From a virus (lineage: Duplodnaviria; Caudoviricetes): a stretch of DNA of 64,000 nt. Shown piece after piece: positions 18,233-29,498 of this stretch. The notes beneath the pieces are model-generated. The model searched no databases. It was not told where the DNA came from and saw only the letters and a list, made by a program, of their open reading frames with translations. The stretch spans positions 29,022 to 93,021 of IMG/VR virus record IMGVR_UViG_2744054422_000002; one strand, written 5' to 3'. How positions within the stretch are numbered: the first letter of the stretch is position 1; each line of letters begins with the position of its first letter. The position numbers and the translations under genes are program-made.

Positions 18233-19417
18233 TTGATCATTCTGGATACATGCCTCCTCCGAACGTTCAGCCCGGAGAGCAGCAGCGCCGAGCTCCTGAT
18301 GGCGATTCGAGCCACAGGCGCGCAACGCGTCGGCATCCCATGGATGGTGATGGAGGAACTGGTCGCCCAACAGGCGGTCAAGTACCAGGAGAGGCATGAC
18401 GCGGCGGCGCACGCCTTGAAGGCACTGCGGCAGGTCACTCCATGGCATCTGCAGGAGCTACTGGACTCTTGCGACCTCGACAGCGTGCGCGAGCACTGGC
18501 GGGACAAGTGGGGGGCCGTTGTTGAGACGATTCCAACCAGCGATGCAGCGCTGCGCCAGGCAGTGTTTCGGGAGGCCAACTGCCTACCGCCCTGCAAGCC
18601 ACCGAAGGGCGGCATCAAAACCGGTACGCGAGACGCCGCCATCTGGCTGTCCGCAGTCGAGTACGCCCGGACGAATCCGACCGAGACCGTCTACTTCGTG
18701 AGCGCCAACACCAAGGACTTCGGAGACGGCACCGCCTACCCGAATCTCATGCAAGAGGATCTCGCTGGCATCAAGGACAGATTCGTCCACTGGACCGATC
18801 TGGACCAAGCCCTCACAGAGTTCGCGAAACCGACTGCGACCGATCAGCACAGAGTTGCTGTGGTCCTGAGTTCGCAGAAGACCCTCGACCAGGTCAAATC
18901 CGCTTTCTGGGTCGGCGGCAACCTTCCGATCGCTGGAGGTTTCCTGTGCACGGCAAGGATCGCGGCCGGCGAATGGTGGATCCTCCCCTCTCTCCAGTGG
19001 GCGACAGTCGACGTAGCCCTTGAGGAGATCGAGAGGTCGCAGATGTACCACATCGGCGATCAGGAGTGGTGCGCCGCAACGGTCCGCTGGATCATGACCG
19101 GCACCATTGCCCTGAGCGCGGGCGGCTCCGCTGCGGCTGCTTGCTCGGTGACCGCATCGATGCTCTTCACCCTCAACCCGGACGATTCGCGTATCACCGT
19201 ACTGAGGGCCAGCGAACCTGTACCACTCGCGCACAACAGAGTCGATACCCTCAACAGACTTCCTGAGGCCTCCTGGACTCGCGCGGAGGTGGCGGTAGCG
19301 AAACTCCTGCATCTGGCCGCGCAGCCCTCTGCCCTTCTCCCGCTCCAAGGGCCACATCCCCACGAGGGAGCAGTTCTCCGGCGCTCCGGCGAGGATCGCG
19401 CTCCCGGGCGCACTTGA
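18233..19417 (+). CDS. PIN-domain protein (DUF4935-like), paralog of 10476..11741
   Basis: TTG 18233 after GAGGA; LIILDTCLL...PWMVMEELVAQQA...KTGTRDAAIWLSAVEY...VYFVSANTKDF. Confidence 0.8.
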   Translation: MIILDTCLLRTFSPESSSAELLMAIRATGAQRVGIPWMVMEELVAQQAVKYQERHDAAAHALKALRQVTPWHLQELLDSCDLDSVREHWRDKWGAVVETIPTSDAALRQAVFREANCLPPCKPPKGGIKTGTRDAAIWLSAVEYARTNPTETVYFVSANTKDFGDGTAYPNLMQEDLAGIKDRFVHWTDLDQALTEFAKPTATDQHRVAVVLSSQKTLDQVKSAFWVGGNLPIAGGFLCTARIAAGEWWILPSLQWATVDVALEEIERSQMYHIGDQEWCAATVRWIMTGTIALSAGGSAAAACSVTASMLFTLNPDDSRITVLRASEPVPLAHNRVDTLNRLPEASWTRAEVAVAKLLHLAAQPSALLPLQGPHPHEGAVLRRSGEDRAPGRT

Positions 19418-20127
19418 CCTAGGGGGGTGTGGAGTCGTGATCAATACAGCCGAGCGCGGTCCGGGAGCTGGCTGTGATCTGACCCTGCTCACAGTCGTAG
19501 AACGAGGCCCCCCACACACACCACCAGACCGAGCATGACGAAGGCCCACAGGCGACAACCACAGGCCGCTTCAACGGCGTTCGGCTGGTCCCTGCTCACC
19601 AGCGGCGTCTTCTCGCGCCATTTCGGGACCATCATGCGGACCCAAAACCACCAGGCCGGAGGGGCCACAGGCACCGCAATGGCCAGCAAGATCACGTACG
19701 CGACTGGCGCCGACTGGGCGTACAAGAGCCCGTGGCCGCTACTACTGCTGCCGGGCCTTAATGATCGCCGGGATCCGGCTGAGCTGAGCGGCGGGCAGAC
19801 CCATGGAAGGCCGCTACCGGGTCGCGAACGAGTCCGGACGGCCGCGTACGGCGATGAACGAGACGGAAACTGAGACGGAGCCATCACGTTCGCGGCGCGA
19901 CTCCAACGAACCCCTCGCCCTTGTGGTTGCCCATGATGAAGGCGAAGCCGTGGCCCTCTGCCCACGTGAAGGTCGGCATGCCTCCGAGGGCCGCCCTTTC
20001 GTCTTGCCTTAGCGCGGCATGGCCCATAAGTTGCGGTCATGTGTTCCCGAGAGGAGCCTGAGCGCACATCTCGGCATGCAGTCTTCAGTGAGTAGCCCGC
20101 TTCCCAGACAACTCATGGCTGAACAGC

Positions 20128-20889
20128 CTACTTTGAGGAATTCACCGGCTCTGGGAGCCACAGGAGTGCGCCAAACTGATCTAGCTGGTCTCTCCTCTCG
20201 CGATAGTCCGGAAGGGCCCGGCCGACGAGGGTCCAGAACTCTGGCGAGTGGTCACGCTTGTGCAGGTGGGCTAGCTCGTGCACCAAGACGTAGTCGATCA
20301 ACTTCGCGGGAAGTTGCATCGCGGCCCAGTGGATGTTGACCCCGCCTTCTCGATTGCAAGAGCCCCACCGGTAGCCGAGTCGGCGTACTGCGATGTTCTG
20401 GAGTGGCGCGCGCATCCGTTGAGCCCACGGCTCCGCGCGGGCCGGCAGCCAGACGTTCCCCCGACGGCGGTACCAGGTGATGAGGTCGTCCTGGGCGTGA
20501 TCCAGACAGTCCCGCCGCAGGAGGAGCCGTCCGCGCACCAATCCCACGGGCACGGGGGCCTCATCCACGATCTTCAGCCGGTAGCTACGGCCGAGGTAGT
20601 GGAATCCCTCTCCCGTGACAAACTCCTTGTCAGGCCGTAGCGCCGCTTCCTCTGTGCGTTCGTCGAGCTTGTCGTAGACCCATCGTCGCCGACTCCGCAC
20701 TACTGCGATCAACCGAGCAGTATCCAATCCAGCCGGGACAGTCGCGGTGATTCGTGCGTTGCGCTCCACCGTCAGCTTCACACCACCGCGGTCCGGTACG
20801 ACAACGACATCAATCTCCAGGCGGCCGACCTGCAGCGGGCCCGAACGAACCGGGCCCAGCTGCTCCTCCGTCGCTGCGACCGCGGCCAC
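20128..20889 (-). CDS. M48/YgjP-family metallopeptidase associated with type I R-M
   Basis: RWGSC..G..NIHW and IDYVLVHELAHL..DHS.EFW motifs; directly follows hsdR. Confidence 0.9.
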   Translation of the reverse strand: MAAVAATEEQLGPVRSGPLQVGRLEIDVVVVPDRGGVKLTVERNARITATVPAGLDTARLIAVVRSRRRWVYDKLDERTEEAALRPDKEFVTGEGFHYLGRSYRLKIVDEAPVPVGLVRGRLLLRRDCLDHAQDDLITWYRRRGNVWLPARAEPWAQRMRAPLQNIAVRRLGYRWGSCNREGGVNIHWAAMQLPAKLIDYVLVHELAHLHKRDHSPEFWTLVGRALPDYRERRDQLDQFGALLWLPEPVNSSK

Positions 20890-20890
20890 T

Positions 20891-23800
20891 TCAGCTATTC
20901 CTCTGGAGTGAGTAGCGGTGGTGCCCAAGGATGTCAAACAAGCTATCGGCGAGGTGGTCGACTTGTGAGGGGTCCGCTACCCCCAGATCGATCAAGAGAC
21001 GGAAGACGGCCGCGCGCAGGTCTCCCTGGGCCACAGGGTTGGACCAGAAGTTCTTCTTGCGCACGTGCTTCACTGCCTCATCTTCGATCTTCTCTGCCAC
21101 GAGGACGAGACGGTCGTGTACCTCCTGCGCCAGGACGCCGTCAGTGATCGCCTCAGACACCATCTCGCCGTAAAGTGCTCGCTCCAGCGGAGACAGCGCA
21201 GCCAGCCTCTGATCCCCATGGTCGCCGCTACCCTCATAGACAGCGATGACCTTGCTGGTCAGATCCTTGAAGAGCAGCACCTGCTGGTCCCACTGGTCAG
21301 CATAATCCCGCAGGATCTCTTCCAACCGCTCCCGCAGCTTGGTGTACTCGGCAGGGTCCTCCCCAAGGTGCACCTCGATATGACGCCGGATGGCATGCTC
21401 CATCGTTGACGCCTGCGCCTTCGCACCAGGCAGGTCCTCGACCTTGTCCGCGAAATCCCCCGCAGTGAGCTGCCGTGGCGGTATCACCTGCTTCACGCCA
21501 AGCGCGGCGATGTGCTGGTCGATGAGTTCGCGAACCTTCTCGCCGTAGAGCGAAGCATCGAAGTCGCTGCTGTCCTGGTAGCGATCTCGTGCCCAGGTAC
21601 TGATCTCTGAGTACAGCCGAACGTCGGCGAGGTAGTCCTTGGCCTCCTGCCGGGGCATTACCGTCTCGACGGTAATGAGGAACTTCCGCAGCGCACTGTC
21701 GAACTGGCTGCGCAGTTCGTCGTCCTCCAGGAGCTGCACACACTCCTCTATCGTCTGCTTGTCGCCAGCGGGGGTAACGCCGCGCTCGGTGAACAGCATC
21801 CGCAGACGGTTGCGTCGTGGTTCCAACCTGGCGATCTCCGCGCCGAAGTCGGTGGGGGCGCCTTCAGCGTCCTCGGCGGCATACGCGTCCATGGCTGCCT
21901 GGAGGTGCTTGGAGATGCCCGCATAGTCCACGACGAATCCGGCGGCCTTGCCGTCAGCAGTGCGGTTGACCCGCGCGATGGCCTGCAGTAGGTCCGCTTC
22001 CTTGATCCGTCGGTCCAGGTACATAACCTGCTCGATCGGGGCATCGAAGCCGGTCAGCAGCATGGTGCGAACAATCAGGAACGCGACGGGCTTCTCCCCG
22101 TGAGCCGGCTTGTCGGGGAATGCCTTGAGGAACCGTTCAACGACGTCCTCGTGCCCCTTCGCATCGGTCCATTGGTCCATTTCCTCGTCTTGATTGTGGT
22201 CCCCTGAAATGACCGGTACGAAGTCGATGGCCTTGAGTAGCTCCAGTTGCCGGTGTGCGGCAACGGCGATCGCCTGCTTGGCAGTGAGCCTCTCGGTAGG
22301 CTTCTCCAAGACCACCGACGACAACTTCTCCGCCTCGGCGACCAACTCATCCCGGGCATGGAGCAGCGCGTCTCGATACCGTACGGCGATCTTCCGGGAG
22401 TGGGCGACGACCTGTCCCTTGAAGCCGTTCGGCATCACGCTGGAGACATAGTGGGCCAGCATGTCCCGGGCCTTCTTCAGGATCAGGCTATCGGCGCTCA
22501 GTACGTCGCTAGTCGTGGCGTACCGCTGCTGGAGCTTGTCGTACTCCTCCTCGGTCAGTTCGGGGAAGTACGAGGCAAAGGCGTCATCGAGATCCTCGGC
22601 GTCTGTGATGGCGGCCTTGGCGATTCGGCCCTCGTAGACGATCGGGACGATCGCCCCGTCCTCCTCAGCATCGGTGAGCCGATACTGGTCGATGAACGTG
22701 CCGAAGATGTCCGCAGTGCGGTTCTTCGCCCGCATGATGATCGGCGTTCCGGTGAAGCCGATCCGGACAGCGTTCGGCAGAGACGCCATCAGGTTCTGGT
22801 GCAGCTTGGAGCCGTGAGAGCGGTGGGCCTCGTCCACCAGGATCAACACCGACTCTCTGTCATTGAGTTCGCCCCAGCCGACGGCCCGGTCGTGGGTGAG
22901 GGCATCCGCTGCAGCGGCCTGCTTCGACTTGGCGGCATCCACCTGCTTCTGCAGCATCACGAAGGCCAGGCCAGCGCCCTTCTTACGCAGCGCGGCCGGC
23001 ACACCGGTTGAACGCTTCACGACGTCGGGCTTCTCGCCAGTGAGTACCGCTGTCTTCGACAGCTGGGTCTGCAATTGGGTCCGGTCCGTGACCAGCACGA
23101 TCTTGAACTGGCTCAGCCCCGGCGTCGATCTCATCTTGCGCACCAGGAACACCATGGTCAGCGACTTGCCAGAGCCCTGGGTGTGCCAGACGATCCCGCC
23201 CCGCCGGTCGTCCTTGCCATCCTGTCGCTTGGTCTTGCCGGTCAGCAGGCGCTCCACGGCACGGTTGACAGCACGGTACTGCTGATAGCGGGGCGCGATC
23301 TTTACGCGGCGGGTACCGCCCTCATCGGTGGCGACGTCCATGAAGACGACGAAGTTCTTCACAATGTCGAGGAGTTGAGCCGGTCGTAGTACGCCGGCAG
23401 CGAGGATCTCCTGTGCCCACAGGGCGTCTTTGTTCTTGCCGAGTTCCGTGGCGAGATCAGCCCTGGCCAGGGGGTACGGATCGCGCCACACCGAGTAGTG
23501 GTCGGCGTGCGATGTATAGGTGCCCAGCATAGCCTTGTCACCCGTGGTCGCCACAGTGAGCTGAACGGTCCGGAAGAGCGGTTCGCTGCCCTCACTGTGA
23601 GTCTTAGCCCCACGCTGATTGGCATAGCGACGCAGCTGGTCGATAGCCGGGGACAGGGAGCCGCCATGCATGGCGGGTTTCTTGCACTCGATGACGACCA
23701 GCGGGATGCCGTTGACGAACAGCACCAGGTCCGGGACGACGGACTTTTGCCCCGACGTTCCTTGCACGTCCATCCGGAACTGCGACACGACGACGAAGTC

Positions 23801-24208
23801 GTTCCGCTCCGGGTGAACCCAGTCGATGTACTGCACCCGCTGGTCGCGGCCACTGTCCCAGCCAGGCAGTCCGTCGACTGTGACACCGATCAGGAGCAGA
23901 TCGGTTGAGACTGTGTTGGCCTCCAGGAGGGTGGTTGAGGGGAACCGCGTCAGCGCATTAACTGCCTGCGAAATACGCGCCTCGTCCAGCCACTCGCTAC
24001 CATTTGTATCGAGGTTGAGCTCCCGCAACTTGCGCCGCAGGAGTCGCTCGAGAACCGGCTCCGCGAAGGAGCCCCGGAGCGATGCCCCCGGGTCCCTCGG
24101 TTCTACCGCGCCGGGCGTGCTTCCCCCCGCGTGCCGCCACCCCATCGCCACGAGCTGCGCGATGAGCGGCTCCTCGACGAGTACGTACTCCAGCCCCGAC
24201 TCCGACAC
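20891..24208 (-). CDS. hsdR: Type I restriction endonuclease subunit R
   Basis: PDLVLFVNGIPLVVIECK nuclease motif, HTQGSGKS Walker A, DEAH, GFTGTP, MLLTGFDAP and QAIARVNR. Confidence 0.95.
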   Translation of the reverse strand: MSESGLEYVLVEEPLIAQLVAMGWRHAGGSTPGAVEPRDPGASLRGSFAEPVLERLLRRKLRELNLDTNGSEWLDEARISQAVNALTRFPSTTLLEANTVSTDLLLIGVTVDGLPGWDSGRDQRVQYIDWVHPERNDFVVVSQFRMDVQGTSGQKSVVPDLVLFVNGIPLVVIECKKPAMHGGSLSPAIDQLRRYANQRGAKTHSEGSEPLFRTVQLTVATTGDKAMLGTYTSHADHYSVWRDPYPLARADLATELGKNKDALWAQEILAAGVLRPAQLLDIVKNFVVFMDVATDEGGTRRVKIAPRYQQYRAVNRAVERLLTGKTKRQDGKDDRRGGIVWHTQGSGKSLTMVFLVRKMRSTPGLSQFKIVLVTDRTQLQTQLSKTAVLTGEKPDVVKRSTGVPAALRKKGAGLAFVMLQKQVDAAKSKQAAAADALTHDRAVGWGELNDRESVLILVDEAHRSHGSKLHQNLMASLPNAVRIGFTGTPIIMRAKNRTADIFGTFIDQYRLTDAEEDGAIVPIVYEGRIAKAAITDAEDLDDAFASYFPELTEEEYDKLQQRYATTSDVLSADSLILKKARDMLAHYVSSVMPNGFKGQVVAHSRKIAVRYRDALLHARDELVAEAEKLSSVVLEKPTERLTAKQAIAVAAHRQLELLKAIDFVPVISGDHNQDEEMDQWTDAKGHEDVVERFLKAFPDKPAHGEKPVAFLIVRTMLLTGFDAPIEQVMYLDRRIKEADLLQAIARVNRTADGKAAGFVVDYAGISKHLQAAMDAYAAEDAEGAPTDFGAEIARLEPRRNRLRMLFTERGVTPAGDKQTIEECVQLLEDDELRSQFDSALRKFLITVETVMPRQEAKDYLADVRLYSEISTWARDRYQDSSDFDASLYGEKVRELIDQHIAALGVKQVIPPRQLTAGDFADKVEDLPGAKAQASTMEHAIRRHIEVHLGEDPAEYTKLRERLEEILRDYADQWDQQVLLFKDLTSKVIAVYEGSGDHGDQRLAALSPLERALYGEMVSEAITDGVLAQEVHDRLVLVAEKIEDEAVKHVRKKNFWSNPVAQGDLRAAVFRLLIDLGVADPSQVDHLADSLFDILGHHRYSLQRNS

Positions 24209-24251
24209 GATGCTCTCCGTCTCCCCCAGCGTGTCACTCGATCAAACGAGG

Positions 24252-25487
24252 CTACCGCTCAGCACCGACAGGCACCCGTACGCGTCCGGTGAGGAGGTCG
24301 TCCATGAGCGCCTTCTGCTGCACTTTTAGCATTTCTTGTTTTGCAGCCGTACGCTGTTGTAGATGATCGATTGCCTGCATCGAATCCACGATCCTACCTT
24401 GCACCTCCAGCGACGGAAGTTCGATGTCCATCCCGCGCAGTGACGTAGGGTTCACATTCACCTGCTGAGCCCCTGGCGTAGCCAACCTCCTTACACGTCG
24501 CCTGATCAGGTCATGCTCAAGCCACTCCACCAAATAGGCTGGGTGCACGCGAGTTCGATCAAAGTTAAGACGGATCAAGTATGAAGCGAAAGAGGCACCA
24601 TGGAGTTCGTCACTCCACACGCAACTCTTCCCGACTCGCTCCAAACTGTTAGTTCGATTGAATAGAACATCGCCAGCCTTGAGCAGCAATCGTGCCGGAA
24701 TTTGCACGTCGCTATACTTCAATTCTTGAAGCGCCGGCTTCCCATTCTGAATATTGTTCATGCGCAGAACCGGAGTTCCCCTCGCATCATCCGTCAAAGA
24801 GGAAGAGATTCCGTAGTCGGCGCTCGGCACGACGTCCCTCAAGGCAAGAAGTTCCCAATCCGGAATTTCTGTAGGCTCAGGGGAAACGGGGATGAGGTCG
24901 CGAACCAGGGCTACACGCTCAAGGCCGACCTTTTCGAGGATCTTCCCCAATGCCGCAATTTCCCCTTCGAGCGCTTCAAGGATCTCCACAATTCGGCGCT
25001 GCTCGTCTAGCGTCGGTAGGTGTAGCTCCAGCGCGAAGAAGTCATCGACCTTCACGTTGAGGAGGCCGTGATTGCGAACCCCCTCCTTGGCGATATCCAA
25101 GATTGCGTCGTTCAGGATTCCCGAATCGAAATAATGCGACACAAAGGTTGCGTCAGCCACCTCAGGATCCACTCGGAAACAAATATAGAGAGGGGAGACA
25201 ACTCCGGAATCGTAAAGGCCAAGTTGCCGTACCACCCCTGCCGGGTAGCCCGCCGAGTAGCTCTTATTGTATGCGAAATCCCCTCGGCGGAGTCGGAAAT
25301 ACTGCGAGAGATCCGCGCTTGCGACCCTCCGATTAAAGAATTCCTCTTGACTGACAAGCCCATGCTTGGCCGAGATTGTCAAGACATTTCGATCGTCGGC
25401 AAGGTTTCGCTGAGTGACGCGCGAGGCAAGACTGCCAAGGTTGCGCGTAGTCCATCCCTCGACCCCAGCCATTGTCTGCTCACGCAT
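24252..25487 (-). CDS. hsdS: Type I R-M specificity subunit S
   Basis: Two TRD repeats each ending in LP.L.(E/V)Q.RIV helices; C-terminal LMDDLLTG; lower GC. Confidence 0.9.
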   Translation of the reverse strand: MREQTMAGVEGWTTRNLGSLASRVTQRNLADDRNVLTISAKHGLVSQEEFFNRRVASADLSQYFRLRRGDFAYNKSYSAGYPAGVVRQLGLYDSGVVSPLYICFRVDPEVADATFVSHYFDSGILNDAILDIAKEGVRNHGLLNVKVDDFFALELHLPTLDEQRRIVEILEALEGEIAALGKILEKVGLERVALVRDLIPVSPEPTEIPDWELLALRDVVPSADYGISSSLTDDARGTPVLRMNNIQNGKPALQELKYSDVQIPARLLLKAGDVLFNRTNSLERVGKSCVWSDELHGASFASYLIRLNFDRTRVHPAYLVEWLEHDLIRRRVRRLATPGAQQVNVNPTSLRGMDIELPSLEVQGRIVDSMQAIDHLQQRTAAKQEMLKVQQKALMDDLLTGRVRVPVGAER

Positions 25488-27984
25488 AACCCAGCACCTC
25501 AAGGAATCCCGCCAGTCGCTCGGCTGCAGCTACACGTTGATTCTCCAGGTCTGCGAGCGTCACCGCATACTTATTACCCCAGTTCAGGTATGCCGCAACC
25601 AGATCCTGGCGGCCCACTGACACGAAACGATCCATTCTTGCTCGCAAGTCCTCATCCAGGAAAGTAAGAACCGTCTCCTGAGCCTCTCCCACCGACAATC
25701 CCGCTGCGGCCTTCTTCAATTCGTAAACGAAGGCAGCCCGTAGTTTCTTGACCCCCGCCTTAGCATTCTTCAACTCAGCCTTAAGCTTGCGGAGATCCGC
25801 CGCGCTAAGGATCTCCTCCGGGCTCTGCTCCGGCTCGTCAACCTCGTCGTCGCCAGCAGCAGTCTTCTTCGGCGTGCCAGCCTTGATCTTGCCGTCCAGG
25901 TCAACGACCAGCGCCTCCGCGGCGTCCAGCTGCTCCACGTAGTCGGGGATCAGCGCCGGGACTAGCCGATGGCCTCTCGCCTTGCGCTGGTCGGCTCGCA
26001 GCCGCGCAAGAGTCTTGGAATCTGCGTCTTCCGGTTCTTCGAAGGCCGACTCGATGTTGGCCACCCAACGCTCGACAACACCCGCGAAGCCCTGCCTCGC
26101 CAGACTCTTAAGGTCGTACTGAACCTCGTACCACCAAGCCGCGATCACGCCAGAGAGCTGGAAACGGTTAAGTACTCCCACCGACAGCAGGTCCCGGGTA
26201 AAGGTCGTCAGCAGTTCTTCACGCGTCTTCATCAGCTCGCCGCTCCTGTCCGAGACAAGCTCAGGTTCCCTCCCGAGACCAGCCTCAGACACCTCACCAA
26301 GGGCGACAAGATGCTTCACATGCGCGTCCCGCCATTCGCCGTATACCTCCACAAGCTTCCGCTCGCGTGGCGCGGTCAGCGCCGGGATGCTGGCGGCTGT
26401 CGCCTCATATCCGGCATCAGGGAAGTCGTAGTAGTCGGCATCCCGCTCCTTGAAGAGCTTCGCCACGTCAACGCCGTACGCCTTGAACAGCCCGGCCTTA
26501 GCTGCGACCTCCGCCTTCGGTACACCGCCGTGCAGGTGAGCCCGTACGTCTTGCGGTTCGGGCGGCGGGGCGTTGTCGACGTAGCGGCGGATGTTGAGGT
26601 TGTAGTCGTTGTCCTTTAGTTCCTCAAAGGGGACGACCCGCGCGAAACCGTCGATGTTCTTCCGTTCCCGGAAGGCAGTGACGATCTTCTCGTCGTGTTG
26701 CGGGTCGACGGTGTTCTGAGCACGTCCCGCCGCGAACTCGCGGTCGGCGTTGATGAAGAGCACACCGTCCTGCTTATCTTCGGGCAGGCCGTCCGAGCCA
26801 CGCAAAATCAGGATGCACGCTGGGATGCCGGTGCCATAGAAGATGTTCGGGCCGACGCCGATCACCGCTTCCAGGCGATGCTCCTCAACCATCTGCTTCC
26901 GAATCTTGGCTTCGTCCCCGCCTCGGAAGAGCACGCCGTGCGGCATGACTGAGGCACCGACGCCGTCCGGCTCCAGCACCGTCAGTACGTGCTGGATGAA
27001 CATCAAGTCAGCCTTCTTGCCCGACTCCGGAGCCCAGCCGTATGCCATGCGCTCGGGGTGCGGCATCCCCTTCCGCTTGTAGTTCTGCGCGAAGGGCGGG
27101 TTCGTAAGAACGCGGTCGAAGTGAAGGAGTTCGCCCTGTGCGTCCTCGTGCTTAGGGTCAGCAAGGGTGTCGCCGTGTGCAATGCCCTCGCCAGTCATGC
27201 CGTGGAGGAGCATGTTCATCCGGGCCATTGCCCAGGCGCTTCCATTCTCTTCCTGCCCGTACACAGCAAGCGTCGAAGCGTCATGGCCGTGCTCCTCGAC
27301 GTACTCCTTGGCGAGGATGAGCATGCCGCCGGAGCCGCAGCACGGGTCGTAGACCGAGTGGCCCTCCTTGGGCTCCACAAGGCGGACCATCATGCGGATC
27401 ACGGAGCGGGGCGTGTAGAATTGCCCGCCCTTCTTGCCTCCCTCATCGGCGAACTCGCCGATGAGGTACTCATAGGCATGGCCCAGCAGGTCGGGGAACT
27501 CGAAGTCCTCGTTGCGCAGCTGATAGCGGCCGAAGTGGTCGATCAGGTCCCGCACTGCGGTGGCGCTGAGCGGCGAGTTGCCCACCTTGCGCGTGAAGTC
27601 GATGTGATCCAACACACCGCCAAGGGCGAGCGAATTGTGATCCTCCAACGCGCCGAGCGCCTTGTTGAGCAGGTCGCCAGGGTTCGCCTCGCGGGCGTGG
27701 TCGACGATGTAGGGCCAACGAGCGGGCTCGGGTACGAAGAACTGATTGCTGGGGTAGTAACCCTTCGCCTCGGCAACCATCTCCGCCCGGCTCTGGGAGT
27801 CGCCGGCGCGCAGCCGCTGCTGAATGACCTCGGCGCGCACGACATCGAACTGGTCGGAAGCGCGCTTCAGGAACAGCATCCCGAAGATGTACTCCTGGTA
27901 CTGCGACGCATCCATCTTGCCCCGCAGAATGTCCGCCGCAGCGAATAGGTGCCGTTCCAACTGGGGCAGGGTCAGCCGTGCCAC
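25480..27984 (-). CDS. hsdM: Type I R-M N6-adenine methyltransferase subunit M (long form)
   Basis: GTG 27984 with RBS GAAGGAGG; [26 protein letters not shown] and PHGVLFRG motifs. Confidence 0.95.
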   Translation of the reverse strand: MARLTLPQLERHLFAAADILRGKMDASQYQEYIFGMLFLKRASDQFDVVRAEVIQQRLRAGDSQSRAEMVAEAKGYYPSNQFFVPEPARWPYIVDHAREANPGDLLNKALGALEDHNSLALGGVLDHIDFTRKVGNSPLSATAVRDLIDHFGRYQLRNEDFEFPDLLGHAYEYLIGEFADEGGKKGGQFYTPRSVIRMMVRLVEPKEGHSVYDPCCGSGGMLILAKEYVEEHGHDASTLAVYGQEENGSAWAMARMNMLLHGMTGEGIAHGDTLADPKHEDAQGELLHFDRVLTNPPFAQNYKRKGMPHPERMAYGWAPESGKKADLMFIQHVLTVLEPDGVGASVMPHGVLFRGGDEAKIRKQMVEEHRLEAVIGVGPNIFYGTGIPACILILRGSDGLPEDKQDGVLFINADREFAAGRAQNTVDPQHDEKIVTAFRERKNIDGFARVVPFEELKDNDYNLNIRRYVDNAPPPEPQDVRAHLHGGVPKAEVAAKAGLFKAYGVDVAKLFKERDADYYDFPDAGYEATAASIPALTAPRERKLVEVYGEWRDAHVKHLVALGEVSEAGLGREPELVSDRSGELMKTREELLTTFTRDLLSVGVLNRFQLSGVIAAWWYEVQYDLKSLARQGFAGVVERWVANIESAFEEPEDADSKTLARLRADQRKARGHRLVPALIPDYVEQLDAAEALVVDLDGKIKAGTPKKTAAGDDEVDEPEQSPEEILSAADLRKLKAELKNAKAGVKKLRAAFVYELKKAAAGLSVGEAQETVLTFLDEDLRARMDRFVSVGRQDLVAAYLNWGNKYAVTLADLENQRVAAAERLAGFLEVLGYA

Positions 27985-28173
27985 CCGAGCCTCCTTCTCA
28001 TCGTCCGAGTCGCGCAGCCTGAAGACCACCAGCCTGCTGATCCTTGCGCGCTCTGGGTTGTCACTACCGTCTTACCGCATCGCACTGACGGCACCAGGAC
28101 TCATCATCCCGCACGAACCCCATGGAAAGTTCGACCACGAAGGGGCCAGGGCGATCGAGGCAGAGTGCCCCAC

Positions 28174-28380
28174 GTGACCGTTGACGATCTCATGAGGGCC
28201 CTGGCTACGCTGCGTCGAGCCCGGATAGGCAGTCGTGGAGCACCGCATAAACCCTTGCTGCTGCTCTGGCTCCTCAGTCGCTTCTCCACATCAGGAAGCA
28301 CCGCGTCTCGTACAACGAGGTGGAAGAGTCCCTCAGTCGCCTGATCAACGATTTCGGGCCAGCCAGTCGGCGTGCACCGG
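28174..28380 (+). pseudogene. Frameshifted N-terminal remnant of a phosphorothioate-DNA-binding HNH restriction endonuclease
   Basis: LATLRRARIGSRGAPHKPLLLLWLL continues after a frameshift as SYNEVEESLSRLINDFGP; the HKP.LLL motif is typical of sulfur-binding domains; no HNH part follows. Confidence 0.6.
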
Positions 28381-28505
28381 TTGCGATGGGGCGGGGTCCA
28401 GGCTGGCCGGGTCGATGCCGAGGAAAGCGAGCCGCTCCAGGTCACTGGGCATCGCGTCCTCCTCTGCGCTCACCCTCCGGCAGCCCACCTCTTAGAATCG
28501 AACGG

Positions 28506-29498
28506 GTGAACGATAACTCGCCGTCGCGTCTGGAGATGCTGCACTTCGCACGCCGCATCGCTGAACAGCAGCTCACCCAGATCGACCGGTGGATCGCCGC
28601 GGAGGAACGGCGGGAAGCGGAACGTCAGCACGGCATCGCGGCCCGCCCTCCCGCACCGGACTGGCTGGTCGAGCACGGCCTGTCCGGCCAGGACTCGATG
28701 TACGTCCACACCGGCGACTGCTGGAACGCGGGGAAGCGCTCCAAAGGCGTCACGAGGGACACGGCGCTGCGCGCACTCACCGAGGGTGGCGCACCAGCCT
28801 GCCCTCACTGTCGGCCGGACACCGCGCTCGGCATCCTGGAGGGCTTATTCAGGCGCTGCGCGGCTTCCGTGCGCTCTCCCACTTCAACCGCAAGTGCGCG
28901 AATTGCCCGTTCTGCTACAGTCCGCGCCCCGCGCGTCTTTGAGCGGAGCGCGCGGCAGGGAGAGGCGCCGGCGGTTATGCCGCTACAGCGTCCGGACGGC
29001 AGGGGTCGCGCATCCCCGGCCGCCGGTGCCACCTCACCCGGCTTCCGGGCCCCCGCAACCCCGAGCGTGGGGGCCCGGATCACTCCTCAGAACAGAGCGA
29101 TCGTGTCGATACCCGGCGCCTCATCAGGCTCCCCGTCGTCCAGGCCGAGGTCGAGAGCGAGCTGCTCCCCCGGCACAGGCAAGTCCACGATCTCCAGCGA
29201 CCCGGCGCAGGACACGAGGGCGTCGCCGAAGATCTCGGGCCGCTTCGTCGGGTCGTGTCGCCACAGGCGGCCCTTGCTGGGGCGTCCGGCGACTATCCCG
29301 GCAGCGATCGACCGGGAGCAGAACGCGCACTCAAGTCGGGGCATCTTCACACAAACCAGTGTGCCGATGCCCGGCCTGCCGCGTACAGCAGACCGGGCAT
29401 CAGGGTCATCAGTCAGGCTGATGTTGCAGGGAGTACGTTCACCTCGTGTGGGCTTCCATGGCCTTCGCGGCCTCGCACAGCGCCTTCAAGTCGCTTAG
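28506..29498 (+). CDS. DUF6233-like protein (core ends ~28845; C-terminal extension probably read-through)
   Basis: PDWLVE.G...VHTGDCW...ALRAL...ACPHCRPDTALGIL motif. The extension overlaps antisense genes and looks non-coding. Confidence 0.6.
   Translation: MNDNSPSRLEMLHFARRIAEQQLTQIDRWIAAEERREAERQHGIAARPPAPDWLVEHGLSGQDSMYVHTGDCWNAGKRSKGVTRDTALRALTEGGAPACPHCRPDTALGILEGLFRRCAASVRSPTSTASARIARSATVRAPRVFERSARQGEAPAVMPLQRPDGRGRASPAAGATSPGFRAPATPSVGARITPQNRAIVSIPGASSGSPSSRPRSRASCSPGTGKSTISSDPAQDTRASPKISGRFVGSCRHRRPLLGRPATIPAAIDREQNAHSSRGIFTQTSVPMPGLPRTADRASGSSVRLMLQGVRSPRVGFHGLRGLAQRLQVA
29087..29350 (-). CDS. Small Zn-binding hypothetical protein with clamp-binding-like motif
   Basis: CAFC...RHD...SCAGS and QLALDL motif. 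Confidence 0.65.
   Translation of the reverse strand: MKMPRLECAFCSRSIAAGIVAGRPSKGRLWRHDPTKRPEIFGDALVSCAGSLEIVDLPVPGEQLALDLGLDDGEPDEAPGIDTIALF

Noticed and set aside
19489-20067. 192-aa minus-strand ORF with hydrophobic C-terminus
   Set aside because: The N-terminal half looks non-coding; at best a membrane-gene remnant that I cannot support.
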